DNA from: an uncultured Holophagales bacterium
GTDB lineage: Bacteria; Acidobacteriota; Thermoanaerobaculia; Multivoradales; UBA5704
NCBI GenBank assembly: GCA_963842525.1
Contig: CAWJGT010000009.1
Coordinates: 1,120,001-1,184,000 of the forward strand
Reading direction: 5' to 3'
DNA: 64,000 nt
Part shown: positions 39,355 to 48,942 of the stretch, piece by piece
How the letters are laid out: the number at the start of each line of letters is the position of its first letter
How positions within the stretch are numbered: position 1 is the first letter of the stretch
Made by a program: the position numbers and the translations under genes
The notes under the pieces: generated by a model
What the model was told of the DNA's origin: nothing
The model's database searches: none
Seen by the model: the letters and a program-made list of their open reading frames with translations, nothing else

Positions 39355-41277
39355 TCACGACAAGGGGGCGATCCGGCTCCTGAACAGGCCGCCGAGGCCC
39401 CAGACCCGGTCCAGTCCTCGGAGGAGCAGATCGAGCAGACCTTGGGTCGCGACGGCCCAGACCACAATATCCACATAATCGGGCCAGCGGCCGAACGGCT
39501 TGTCAACATAGTACTTGTCCATCCCTGTGTAGAGGGCGATCAGGAATGCGACGAGTGCGACGCCGATCGCGGCGCGGCGCTGCCGTTGCTGGAGACGCTG
39601 CACGCGTTCGGCATCGGTTGCCGGACCCTGAGCGGCCACGGCGAGCCGGTCGAAGAGCTCGGCGAGATCATCGCTCGCTGGGAGCACGTCCTGCTCGGGA
39701 GCGAGCGTCTTCTTCTCGCGTGCCTCGGCCTCGGCGACTCGGGTCCTCGCAATCGCAAGCTGGTTTTCCACGGTCTCCAGGCCGGCCTGCGCAGCCGGGT
39801 CGATGTCCGCATGTATCCAGAGCCGGTTCCAGGTCGAGACCAGAGAAGCTTCGGCCTGGGGAAGCGACAGCCGGGCCTCTTGGATCGGGGGGCTGTCGGG
39901 GGCGCTGGCGACCGCTGTTTGGAGGCCGCGAAGGCTCTCGTGGAGTGCGGCCGCCCGGCGGTTCAGAGCTTCCCAGACGGGCAAGAGGTCCGGGCCCTTG
40001 GACGCCTCGGCGAACAAGTCTCCAAGCTTTTGGACGGTGATGGCTGAACCGGTCAGGAGTTGCTGCATCCTGTCGTAGAGCGCTGGTTTTGCCGGAGGAG
40101 ACTGCAGGTAAAGGCTCGGGGTCACCTGGTCCCAGACGATCTTTGCGAGCGCCGCTTCGATGCCGGCGAGCTTGGCGGCGAAGCCCTCCCATTGTTTCGG
40201 GATGGCTTCGAGGACCTTCAGCTCGTCCTCGATCTCCTTGTATTGCGGATTCGTTGTGTCCAATAAGGTAAAGGTCGACCTCTGGAGCGCATCGATCTTT
40301 GGCCGGAGAGCCTCTTTCCGTGTCCTGAAGTCTGACAGTTTATAGGAGGCGAAGGGCCGGCCTTCGGCGGTGAGGTCGAAGGCTATTTTGGCTTCGTAAA
40401 ATTTTGAGCCCAAGGCGGCCTCTCGTTGGGCCAGGGACCAGGTGAGCCGGAGCACGCCCGTGTAGCGTTGGATGCCGACGGCGAGAAGGATTCCCACGCA
40501 CACCGCGACGATGGCGAACACGGGGTGGTGCGCGCTCGTGAGGGTGAAGGTCACGGTCTCGTCGTCCTTGTCGCCGACCTTCAGCTTTCCCGTATACGTC
40601 CCCACTTGGTCGACGCTGTCGACGTGGACCTCCAATCCATAGACATCGTCGACGAGCTTTTGGGGTGCGGACAGCCACAGCTTTGCCGTCTCGCCGTCCT
40701 CAGCGACGAGGTAAGCCTCCGGTAGCTTCCGGCTCCCCACCGCACCGGCGCTGACCGGGAGGATTACGTCGTCCATCGGTTCGCCCGAGTGCAGGCCCAG
40801 GTAGGTGCGGAGCTTCATCGCCTTGACCAGGAATGTGAGAGGCGTCTCTGCAATAGCCGACTTTTCCGATGGCACTTCGAGTTGGACATCTCGGCGGATC
40901 GAGCTTCCCGGCGCGTCGCTGTAGGCCACGAGCACGCTGTCGTAGGTGCCCGGCGTCTTGGCTTCGGGCATCGCCGAGATCGTGAACGAAGCGGCCTCGC
41001 CAGGACCCAGTTTGGCCGTGGCGGGCGTGACTGTGACGAAGGAGGCGGCCGTCTCTGTGCCACTGGAGTCAACCGGGATGAGCGCGACCCGGACGTCGAG
41101 GGGCAACGATGACCGATTCAGCACCTGCACCTTGACCGGCTGTGTCGGCGTGACCTTGAGAGTCCCCTCGCGAAGCCACTCGAGAGGAGGAGGCGGCTCG
41201 GCGACCGCTGGGCGAACGAGCAGCAGGGCAAAGAGGGCGCACCCTTTCAGGAGCAGGATTCGGCCGGACGTGTGCAT
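39355..41277 (-). CDS. hypothetical membrane protein (Ig-like ectodomain, TM, helical domain, 2 C-terminal TMs)
   Basis: Signal peptide, beta-rich N-terminus, hydrophobic segments, YYVDKPFG motif. Confidence 0.7.
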   Translation of the reverse strand: MHTSGRILLLKGCALFALLLVRPAVAEPPPPLEWLREGTLKVTPTQPVKVQVLNRSSLPLDVRVALIPVDSSGTETAASFVTVTPATAKLGPGEAASFTISAMPEAKTPGTYDSVLVAYSDAPGSSIRRDVQLEVPSEKSAIAETPLTFLVKAMKLRTYLGLHSGEPMDDVILPVSAGAVGSRKLPEAYLVAEDGETAKLWLSAPQKLVDDVYGLEVHVDSVDQVGTYTGKLKVGDKDDETVTFTLTSAHHPVFAIVAVCVGILLAVGIQRYTGVLRLTWSLAQREAALGSKFYEAKIAFDLTAEGRPFASYKLSDFRTRKEALRPKIDALQRSTFTLLDTTNPQYKEIEDELKVLEAIPKQWEGFAAKLAGIEAALAKIVWDQVTPSLYLQSPPAKPALYDRMQQLLTGSAITVQKLGDLFAEASKGPDLLPVWEALNRRAAALHESLRGLQTAVASAPDSPPIQEARLSLPQAEASLVSTWNRLWIHADIDPAAQAGLETVENQLAIARTRVAEAEAREKKTLAPEQDVLPASDDLAELFDRLAVAAQGPATDAERVQRLQQRQRRAAIGVALVAFLIALYTGMDKYYVDKPFGRWPDYVDIVVWAVATQGLLDLLLRGLDRVWGLGGLFRSRIAPLS

Positions 41278-41301
41278 GGACACCTCTTGGGGATGGATCA
41301 T

Positions 41302-43653
41302 CTATTTGGGATACAACCGCGTGGCCGGCACCACCTGCTTCGGCAGCCCGGTGGCTGACCACAGGAGCCGTGCGATGGCGGTGTCTTCGCGCTCCTGATA
41401 ATCGACCCGGATGTTATAGCGCTGGCCGGCCTGGAGCGTGATGGCTCCCTGGGCTTCGCTCAAGGGGTGGCTGCCCCAGTGATCGATCAGGAGCTTGTTG
41501 TCAATCCAGAGCCGCATGCCGTCGTCGCTCGCAATATAGAAGGTGAAGGCGCCGCTTACCGCGGCTTCGATCCGGCCGGTCCAGCGCGCTGTGAAGAAGT
41601 CGGGCTCGATGCCGGGGATCGGCGGTCCTTCTCCCCAGTTGAAGTCGACGATCGGATCGTTGCGCGTCAACCGTTTTCCGTTGAAGCCGAGCTCGTCCCA
41701 ATAGTTGCCGGTCAGACCGGTCCCCTGGCCGGTGCCGGCGGTGCGGAAACGTGCCGTATAGGTGGTGGCCGTGCCAGGTGTCTTGATCTCATGGGTGGCG
41801 TCGCCGCCGTCCGACCAGCCGGCGAAAACCCAGCTCTTCCCATTCGCGTTTTGCGGCGAGACCACGCCCAGCGCACGCCGGGCGCCGACGACGCCGAGCA
41901 CCTGCAACGGCGTGGTGACCGGGTTGCCGTCGAGGGTCACCTTGAGGCCCGCCGGCTCGGTGGCAAGGCTGAGGAGCGCTTTCCGCGGCACGATATCGAC
42001 CGAGGTCTCGGCGGTGCGTCCTCCCTTGTCGGCGACACGCAGGTGGATGCGATAGAAGACATTGGCCGAGGTCTCGCCGAGACGCGGAATGACGAAGCTG
42101 CCGCGAATGGCGCCGGTCTTGGGTGCCACGAAGGGATGGAAGTGGACGTCGTGATGAAGGTCCACCCACCAGGTGAAGCGCGCCGGGGAGACCTTGCCGT
42201 CCTCGGGATCGCTGGCCGTGCCGGCATAGTCGATGCGGTCGCCGGCGCGGTAGAGGGTGCGGTTCGCGGGCGCGGTGATCACCGGCACCGGCGGCCGGTT
42301 GGTGGTCACGGTGAGGGTGGCCGCGCGGCTGGTGGCGCTGCCGGATTCGTTGCGTACGACCACGGAGAAGGTGGCGCGGTTGTCGCCGAGGACTGCCGCG
42401 GGGAGGGTGAGCCTGGCCGCGGTGGCGCCCGGGATGTCGACGTTGCCGCGGCGCCACTGGTAGAGCAGGGGAGCGGCGCCCGAGGCAACGACTGAAAAGC
42501 TTGCAGTTTCGCCGACGCTTACAGTGGCGTCCGACGGCTGGACGGAGATATGGGGTTCCAGCGTGGCGGTGTAGTCGATGCGTACGACCGTTCCCGCATT
42601 GCGCTGGAGGACGAACAGGGCACCGTCGGGCGCGACGTCGAGGTCGACCGGGGACAGTCCCTCGAAGGCAAAGTAGGTTCCCTGGATACCGGCCGCCGGA
42701 TCGAACCGCCGGATCCATCCCCGGCAGTAGTCGGCGAAGAAATAGTTGCCGTGGTAGATCTCCGGGAAATGTGGCTCTTCGGCCTCGTAGAAGACTCCGC
42801 CGGTGATGGCGCAGCCCGAGTTGCGTTCCGGCGGATGCGGATAGGTGAAGAGCGGCGCGCGGAACCGCGTGTCGTCGGTCGGGCCTTCCGTCTCCGGCCA
42901 GCCGTAGTTGGCGCCGGCCATGCCCTCGTTGATCTCCTCCCACGTCGAGGCGCCGACGTCGTTGACGAACAGGCGTCCGGTCTCCTGCTGGAAGGCGAAG
43001 GTGAAGGGGTTGCGGAAGCCCAGGGCCCAGATGGCGCGCGCGAGGCCGGTGGTCTGGCTATAGAAAGGGTTATCCGCCGGGATCGTCCCGTCGCGGTTCA
43101 AGCGTAGGATCTTGCCGAAAGGCGTCGTGAGGACCTGCGCCTGCATGGCCCGCGCGTTCTCGCCCACTGCGAGGTAGAGCTTGCCATCGGGTCCGAAGTG
43201 CATGGCGCCGCCGTTGTGGATGGGCGCCTGGAGCACCGGCAGGTCGACCAGCGCGGTCTCGCTGCCGGGCACTGCGCGGTCGCCATCCGCGGTGAAGCGG
43301 CTGAGCCGGTTGTGAACGACGGGCTGGAGCGCAGTGTAATAGACGTAGACCCAGCCATTGCTCTCGAAATCCGGATCGAAAACGACGCCGACCAGCCCCC
43401 GTTCACCATCCGTGCTGACCGCCACCTTCAGGAACGGCTCGGGGAGGAGCACGTTGTTTTTGATCACGCGCAGCTCGCCCGTCTGCTGGCAGACGAAGAT
43501 GCGTCCATCCGGTGCGATCGCCATGGCCGTGGGGCTCGCAAGGCCGCTGGCCACGAGGGTTTCGGCGAAGCCTTCCGGCAGACGCATGGCGGAGGCGGTG
43601 GTGGGGAGGCAGAGGATGAGGAGGACCAGGACCCAGCGATGAAAGTTCTTCAT
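41302..43653 (-). CDS. glucose/sorbosone dehydrogenase-type propeller + Ig + PKD-like + PA14 domains
   Basis: GERGL, HNGGAMHFGPDGKLY, GFRNP, NYGWP, and PA14 motif ARWTG..SDDGMRLWID. Confidence 0.9.
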   Translation of the reverse strand: MKNFHRWVLVLLILCLPTTASAMRLPEGFAETLVASGLASPTAMAIAPDGRIFVCQQTGELRVIKNNVLLPEPFLKVAVSTDGERGLVGVVFDPDFESNGWVYVYYTALQPVVHNRLSRFTADGDRAVPGSETALVDLPVLQAPIHNGGAMHFGPDGKLYLAVGENARAMQAQVLTTPFGKILRLNRDGTIPADNPFYSQTTGLARAIWALGFRNPFTFAFQQETGRLFVNDVGASTWEEINEGMAGANYGWPETEGPTDDTRFRAPLFTYPHPPERNSGCAITGGVFYEAEEPHFPEIYHGNYFFADYCRGWIRRFDPAAGIQGTYFAFEGLSPVDLDVAPDGALFVLQRNAGTVVRIDYTATLEPHISVQPSDATVSVGETASFSVVASGAAPLLYQWRRGNVDIPGATAARLTLPAAVLGDNRATFSVVVRNESGSATSRAATLTVTTNRPPVPVITAPANRTLYRAGDRIDYAGTASDPEDGKVSPARFTWWVDLHHDVHFHPFVAPKTGAIRGSFVIPRLGETSANVFYRIHLRVADKGGRTAETSVDIVPRKALLSLATEPAGLKVTLDGNPVTTPLQVLGVVGARRALGVVSPQNANGKSWVFAGWSDGGDATHEIKTPGTATTYTARFRTAGTGQGTGLTGNYWDELGFNGKRLTRNDPIVDFNWGEGPPIPGIEPDFFTARWTGRIEAAVSGAFTFYIASDDGMRLWIDNKLLIDHWGSHPLSEAQGAITLQAGQRYNIRVDYQEREDTAIARLLWSATGLPKQVVPATRLYPK

Positions 43654-43901
43654 GAAGTGAGCGGCTCTTCTTGAGGGCTGCCTAGAAACTGATGCAGCAG
43701 AGTCAGCGAATCAATTTCGGGGAGCCGGCCGTCGTTGCGTTTGCGGACGAGCACGGAAATCACCTCGAGAAGCCCGAGGCTCAGACACATTTTGCGATCG
43801 GGCCCTGCGAGTTGGAAGGCTTCATTGACGAGACGCGTACCTTCCTCCCGCGAGTAGCGCTTGACTAGCGCGCTGGCATCGAAATAGACCCAGTGCGCCA
43901 A
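43650..43901 (-). pseudogene. internally deleted PIN (VapC) toxin
   Basis: YFDASALVKRY..E.GT start, but only 83 aa; later acidic motifs are missing. Confidence 0.7.
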
Positions 43902-43905
43902 ACGC

Positions 43906-44215
43906 TTACTCGTCCCGGGCCTGGATGAGCCTGCGGCTCAATTCGTTGGATTCCAGTCCGGAGCTCTGGGTCATTTCCTGGACCTCCAGGGCTCCGATCG
44001 GCCGATCTTCGATCGACAGGTCCCGAAACAGGTCCGCCGCCCACTTCCGGAGGACTGCTTTTTCGACCCGCGGGAGGCGAGGTGCTCTCGTTGTGACGGC
44101 AGGAGAGCCTGTACGGGGTTCGCGGCGTAGCTCTTCGAGACCCCAGCGGACAGCCCTCCTCCTCGATCCGGTGGAGCCGGTCGGTCAGTTGCTGTATTGC
44201 GGAGATTCGGGCCAT
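43906..44215 (-). CDS. antitoxin-like protein upstream of PIN; frameshifted
   Basis: GAGG RBS; the second frame ends GLESNELSRRLIQARDE*. Confidence 0.5.
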
Positions 44216-44468
44216 GGTCTACCTCGTGGTCCTAGGATACACCCCGATGCTATCCCTTGTGCTGCTCCAGCAGCGGCGCCGCGCTTTCGATCTCGCGCTC
44301 CAGGGCGGTGAGGAGGTCGGTGGCGGCGGCGAGCGGCGGCCAGGGAGAGGCCGAGGGCGAGGGTACGGAGGCGTCGCAAATCCATGGCCCGGGCCACCCG
44401 GGTCTCTCTCTGTCTGGGAGCGTCGGAGCTATTGTTGCCACACGGCGGGGCGGTCGGAGCCGGCGTCG

Positions 44469-44571
44469 AGCCCGGCGATGAATCGCCGGGCTAGCAATGG
44501 CGCCCCATGAATGGGGCTTGAAAGCCGGGTTCACCCGGCGCTGTTCCTAGCCCGGGCATTCATGCCCGGGC
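44469..44571. repeat. REP/REPIN-like cluster of four hairpins
   Basis: agcccggcgATGAATcgccgggct, gccccATGAATggggc, gccgggttcacccggc, gcccgggcATTCATgcccgggc. Confidence 0.75.
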
Positions 44572-45645
44572 GGCAGGGATCGATTCCGCCGTCACCAGGT
44601 GCACCCGGTACTCCATCACAGCCCGGTCATGCAGCCGCACCCGCCAGGAGAGAGAGGGCTCCTCGGCAACGATCCGCAGCCCTTCGACTGAGGCGGGGTG
44701 GGCGCCCGGGGTGAGCAGGGCACGCAGGACCGGCTCGCTGGCTCCGGCGTTTTCGCCGCGCTGGGAGTGGCCTCCGAGCCAGGCCTCGACGGGCGTCGCG
44801 TTCGGCGACCAGTCATAGGGGGTGGAGAGGATCGCCTTCCCGTTGTCTGCGAGAAGCCGGGGGAGCGAGGCGAGGAGGTCGTGTGGGGACTGGACACAGT
44901 CGAGGACGTTCAGGCCCACAATGGCTGCAAAGCTGCCGATGGGGAAGGGGAGGGCGAGGGCGTCGCAGGCCCAGAAGTCGACGTTCTCCGCGCTCGGGAA
45001 GCTCGCCGGGAAATCGCGGCGGTCGTAGACGAGGCCGACGCGGCGGCGGGGGTAGCGGACCAGCTCCTCCCGCAGGACCCGGGCAGCCAGGCGGAGCATG
45101 GCGTAGCTCAAGTCCACCCCCAGGACGAGGCGGCCCGTGCGCGCAGCCAGCTCGAAGGTGGTCCGGCCGACGGCACAGCCGAGGTCGAGGAGGGGGCCTT
45201 CGGGGATCTCCGCTCCCAGGTCCAGGCCCCTCTCCAGGACGCGGACGACCGAGCCGGATTCGGCTGGCAACTCCTCAGGATCGAGGTCGCCGTAGTGGTC
45301 CCAGGCATAGGTGGAGAGGTGCTGGCGCGTGGTGTCGAACGCGGAGCCGGGGCCGCAGCAGTCGCCGAGGAGGGTCTCGGTCTCGGCCGCGAGGTCCTCC
45401 CGGGCATTGATCTGGTCGATGGCTCCGGCTATGTAGGCGCGCAGGTTCTGGAGGAGCAGGGGGATGCCGTCGAGGATCGGGTACTCGCGCAGGCAGGCTG
45501 GATCTGTGCAGCGCAGCGCCCCTTCGACGATGTGGCTTCCCTCCTCCCGGAGGACTACGGCGAGCGCGAGGGGAACATCCTGACTGCGGCCGGCCCGGCA
45601 GACGGGGCAGACCGGGCGGAGGGCCTCGAAGTGGCGCCGCCGCAG
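44560..45645 (-). CDS. Trm112-like zinc-ribbon + class I SAM methyltransferase
   Basis: The frame is open from a CTG at 45645 (GGAGG upstream): CPVC..C..PAC.REYPILDGIP, then LDLGCAVGR, DALALPF, NVLDC. Confidence 0.85.
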   Translation of the reverse strand: MRRRHFEALRPVCPVCRAGRSQDVPLALAVVLREEGSHIVEGALRCTDPACLREYPILDGIPLLLQNLRAYIAGAIDQINAREDLAAETETLLGDCCGPGSAFDTTRQHLSTYAWDHYGDLDPEELPAESGSVVRVLERGLDLGAEIPEGPLLDLGCAVGRTTFELAARTGRLVLGVDLSYAMLRLAARVLREELVRYPRRRVGLVYDRRDFPASFPSAENVDFWACDALALPFPIGSFAAIVGLNVLDCVQSPHDLLASLPRLLADNGKAILSTPYDWSPNATPVEAWLGGHSQRGENAGASEPVLRALLTPGAHPASVEGLRIVAEEPSLSWRVRLHDRAVMEYRVHLVTAESIPAARA

Positions 45646-45646
45646 C

Positions 45647-46033
45647 CTAGCCTCCGATCAGCACCGTCGGGCAACCCGGCGGCAGCACCTTGCCGGTGGG
45701 GCCGGGGATCGGCGCCACGCAGCCGGTATGGGCCGTCATGTCCCCGACCCGCGCCGCGGGCATGTTCTCGATCAGCACGGTCGCCGAGCCCAGCGCGATC
45801 ATCCCCGGACCGTTGGGCACGCAGGAGGGCAGCATGCAGGGCGCCGTGGTGTCCGTGAGCCGCGCCGCCGGCTGGCCGCCGATCAGCACGGTCCCCGCGC
45901 CCTTGATGATGGCCAGCGGCAACGCCGGATGTGCCACGGGTGTCGGCGTCGGGGCCGGCGGATGGATCGGCGCATGGCAATGTGGTGAATCCTGGAGCAC
46001 CTGGTCCCCCAGGCGGGCCGCGGGCTTGGACAT
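45647..46033 (-). CDS. PAAR-domain protein
   Basis: Three PAAR motifs (PAARLGD, PAARLTD, PAARVGD), ends TVLIGG. Confidence 0.92.
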   Translation of the reverse strand: MSKPAARLGDQVLQDSPHCHAPIHPPAPTPTPVAHPALPLAIIKGAGTVLIGGQPAARLTDTTAPCMLPSCVPNGPGMIALGSATVLIENMPAARVGDMTAHTGCVAPIPGPTGKVLPPGCPTVLIGG

Positions 46034-46105
46034 GGCCTCCATTATACGGACGCGCAGCATGCCGCGCCCGTCTGCTAAGATCGATCCATCCCAGCGGTTT
46101 CCTTC

Positions 46106-48929
46106 ATGAGTCTGGACCTCAAGACACTCATCGACAAGCTCAACCCGACCTGCCGGCGGGTCCTCGAAGAGTCGGCAGGCCTCTGTGTGTCGCAAACCCA
46201 CTACAACGTCGAGGTGGAGCACTTCGTCGCCAAGCTCCTGGACCTGCCGGATTCGTACGACTCCGACCTCCGGCGGGCCTTGCGCCAGTACGACGTGGAC
46301 CGCACCGCCGTGGTGCGGGAGATCCAGGGGTCGCTTTCCCGGTTCGAGCGCGGCAACTCGCGGACGCCTGCCTTCTCGCAGCAGCTCCTCCTGCTCCTGC
46401 GCGAGGCGTGGCTCGCCTCGACGCTGCAGCTCCAGACGCCGGCCATCCGCACCGGCTCCCTGCTGCTCACCCTGCTCGGCCACGACATGCTGCGCGGGCT
46501 GATCCTCCAGTCGGTTCCCTCGCTCGGCAAGATCCCGCGCGACAAGCTGAACGAGGATGCTCCCGCGCTGTTCCGCGGCTCGGCTGAGGACGGCCAGCGC
46601 TCGACCTCGGCCCCGGCCTCGACGGCGGGGCTGCGCCCGAGCGGCTCGCCGGCGCCGGCACCGTCCGGGACGTCAGGATCGGATCTCCTCGAGCCGTCGA
46701 ACACCCCGGCGCTCGACCAGTACACGATCGACCTGACGGCGATGGCCCGCGCGGGCAAGATCGACCCGATCCTCGGGCGCGATTCCGAGATCCGGCAGGT
46801 GATCGACATCCTCTCGCGGCGGCGGCAGAACAACCCGATCCTCACCGGCGAGGCGGGCGTGGGCAAGACCGCGGTGGTCGAGGGGTTCGCGCTGCGCATC
46901 GCCGCCGGGCGACGTGCCGCCGGTCGCATCGCAACATCTCGCTGCGCCTGCTCGATCTCGGCCTGCTCCAGGCCGGCGCCGGGGTCAAGGGCGAGTTCGA
47001 GAACCGCCTGAAGTCGGTGATCGAGGAGGTCAAGGGGTCGCCGAAGCCGATCATCCTCTTCATCGACGAGGCGCACACCCTGATCGGCGCCGGCGGCGCG
47101 GCCGGGCAGGGGGACGCGGCCAACCTGCTCAAGCCGGCGCTGGCCCGCGGCGAGCTGCGCACGATCGCCGCCACCACCTGGGCCGAGTACAAGAAGTACT
47201 TCGAGAAGGACCCCGCCCTCGCCCGCCGCTTCCAGGTGGTCAAGGTGGAGGAGCCGTCCGAGGAGAGCGCGACCGACATGCTGCGCGGCCTCGTCGCCAT
47301 GCTCGAGCAGCACCACGGGGTGCGCATCCTCGACGAGGCGATCGCGCGACGCGGTCGCGCTCTCCCACCGCTACATCACCGGCCGGCAGCTCCCGGACAA
47401 GGCGGTCAGCGTGCTCGACACCGCCTGCGCCCGGGTCGCAACTGGCCCAGAACGGGACGCCGGCCTCGCTGGAGGAGGTCCAGCGCGAGATCCGGCGGAT
47501 CGACAGCGAGATGGAGATGCTCCGCCGCGAGCTGGCCACAGGCCCGCGGCGCGGGAAACGGTCGCGGACTGTCACTCCCGAGACCCTGGGGGCCGACCTC
47601 GCGCGCCAGGTCGCCCGCCGCTCCGAGCTGGAGCAGCGATGGAAGCGGGAGCTCGAGCTCGTCCGCCAGATCCTCGATTTGCAGAAGGAGATCGAGCAGC
47701 AGACTACAGGTGCGCCTGCGGAGCCGGGCCCCTCACCCCCGGCCCCTCTCCCATCGCCCCCCCTTCCCCCGGGAGAGGGGAGAAAGAAAGACGAAATTCC
47801 GAGCGAGGCAAAGGCGCCTGACCCGGCCCAGCTCCGGCGGCTGACCTCGCGCCTGGAACGGCTGCGGCAGGAGCTGGAGAGCATCCAGGGCGAGGACCCG
47901 ATGGTCCCCTTCTGCGTCGACTCGCGGGAGGTCGCCGCCGTGGTGTCGGCCTGGACCGGCATCCCCGCGGGCAAGATGCAGACCGACGCGATCCGGGGCG
48001 TCCTCACCCTGCGCGACCGCATGGCGGAGCGGGTCGTGGGCCAGGACCACGCCCTGGAGGCCATCTGCCGGCGCATCCACACCTCGCGGGCGGGGCTCGA
48101 CGATCCCGCCAAGCCGATCGGCGTCTTCCTGCTCGTCGGCCCGAGCGGCGTCGGCAAGACAGAGACCGCGGTCACGCTGGCGGACCTGCTCTACGGCGGC
48201 TCGCGCAACATGGTCGTGGTCAACATGTCGGAGTTCCAGGAGGCGCACACGGTCTCGACCCTGAAAGGCGCACCGCCGGGTTATGTCGGCTATGGCACCG
48301 GCGGCGTCCTCACCGAAGCGGTGCGGCGCAACCCCTACAGCGTCGTGCTGCTGGACGAGATGGAGAAGGCCCATCCGGACGTGGCCGAGCTCTTCTATCA
48401 GGTTTTCGACAAGGGGACGCTGGAGGACGGCGAAGGGGTGCCGGTCGACTTCAGGAACACGATCATCCTCCTGACCTCGAACCTGGGCTCCGACGTGATT
48501 GTGCGCTCGTGCCGGGATGTGCGGGACGGGGACCGCCCCGACCCCGAGCGGCTGACCGAGGCGGTGCGGCCGGCCCTGCTGCGCCATTTCAAGGCGGCAC
48601 TCCTCGGTCGCCTGGTCGTGGTGCCGTACTACCCGTTGGGCGACCGCGAGATCCGCGAGATCGTGGAGCTCAAGCTGGCGCGCATCCGCCAGCGGGTGCG
48701 CGACAGCCACCATGCCGAGCTTACCTACGGCGAAGAGCTGGTCGAGGCCATCGCGGGCCGCTGCACCGAGGTCGAGAGCGGCGCGCGCAACGTCGACCAC
48801 ATCCTCACTCACAGCCTGCTGCCGGAGCTCTCCGGGGCTCTGCTCGAGCGCCTCGCCGCGGGCGAGGGGTTTTCCAAGGTCCACGTCGGGCTGGAGGACT
48901 CCGGGGGGTTCCGGTACATGGTGAGATAG
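46106..48929 (+). CDS. tssH: T6SS ATPase TssH/ClpV; frameshifted
   Basis: [74 protein letters not shown]. Confidence 0.92.
47729..47782 (+). repeat. palindromic repeat element in frame inside tssH
   Basis: cctcaccccc..cccctctccc..gggagagggg; same family as the intergenic copy at 61591-61645. Confidence 0.75.
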
Positions 48930-48942
48930 ATTGGTGAGGTAA

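Noticed and set aside
44240-44420. Short minus-strand ORF pieces (MDLRRLRTLALG.., DLLTALEREIE..)
   Set aside because: Fragmentary and frameshifted; no product can be supported
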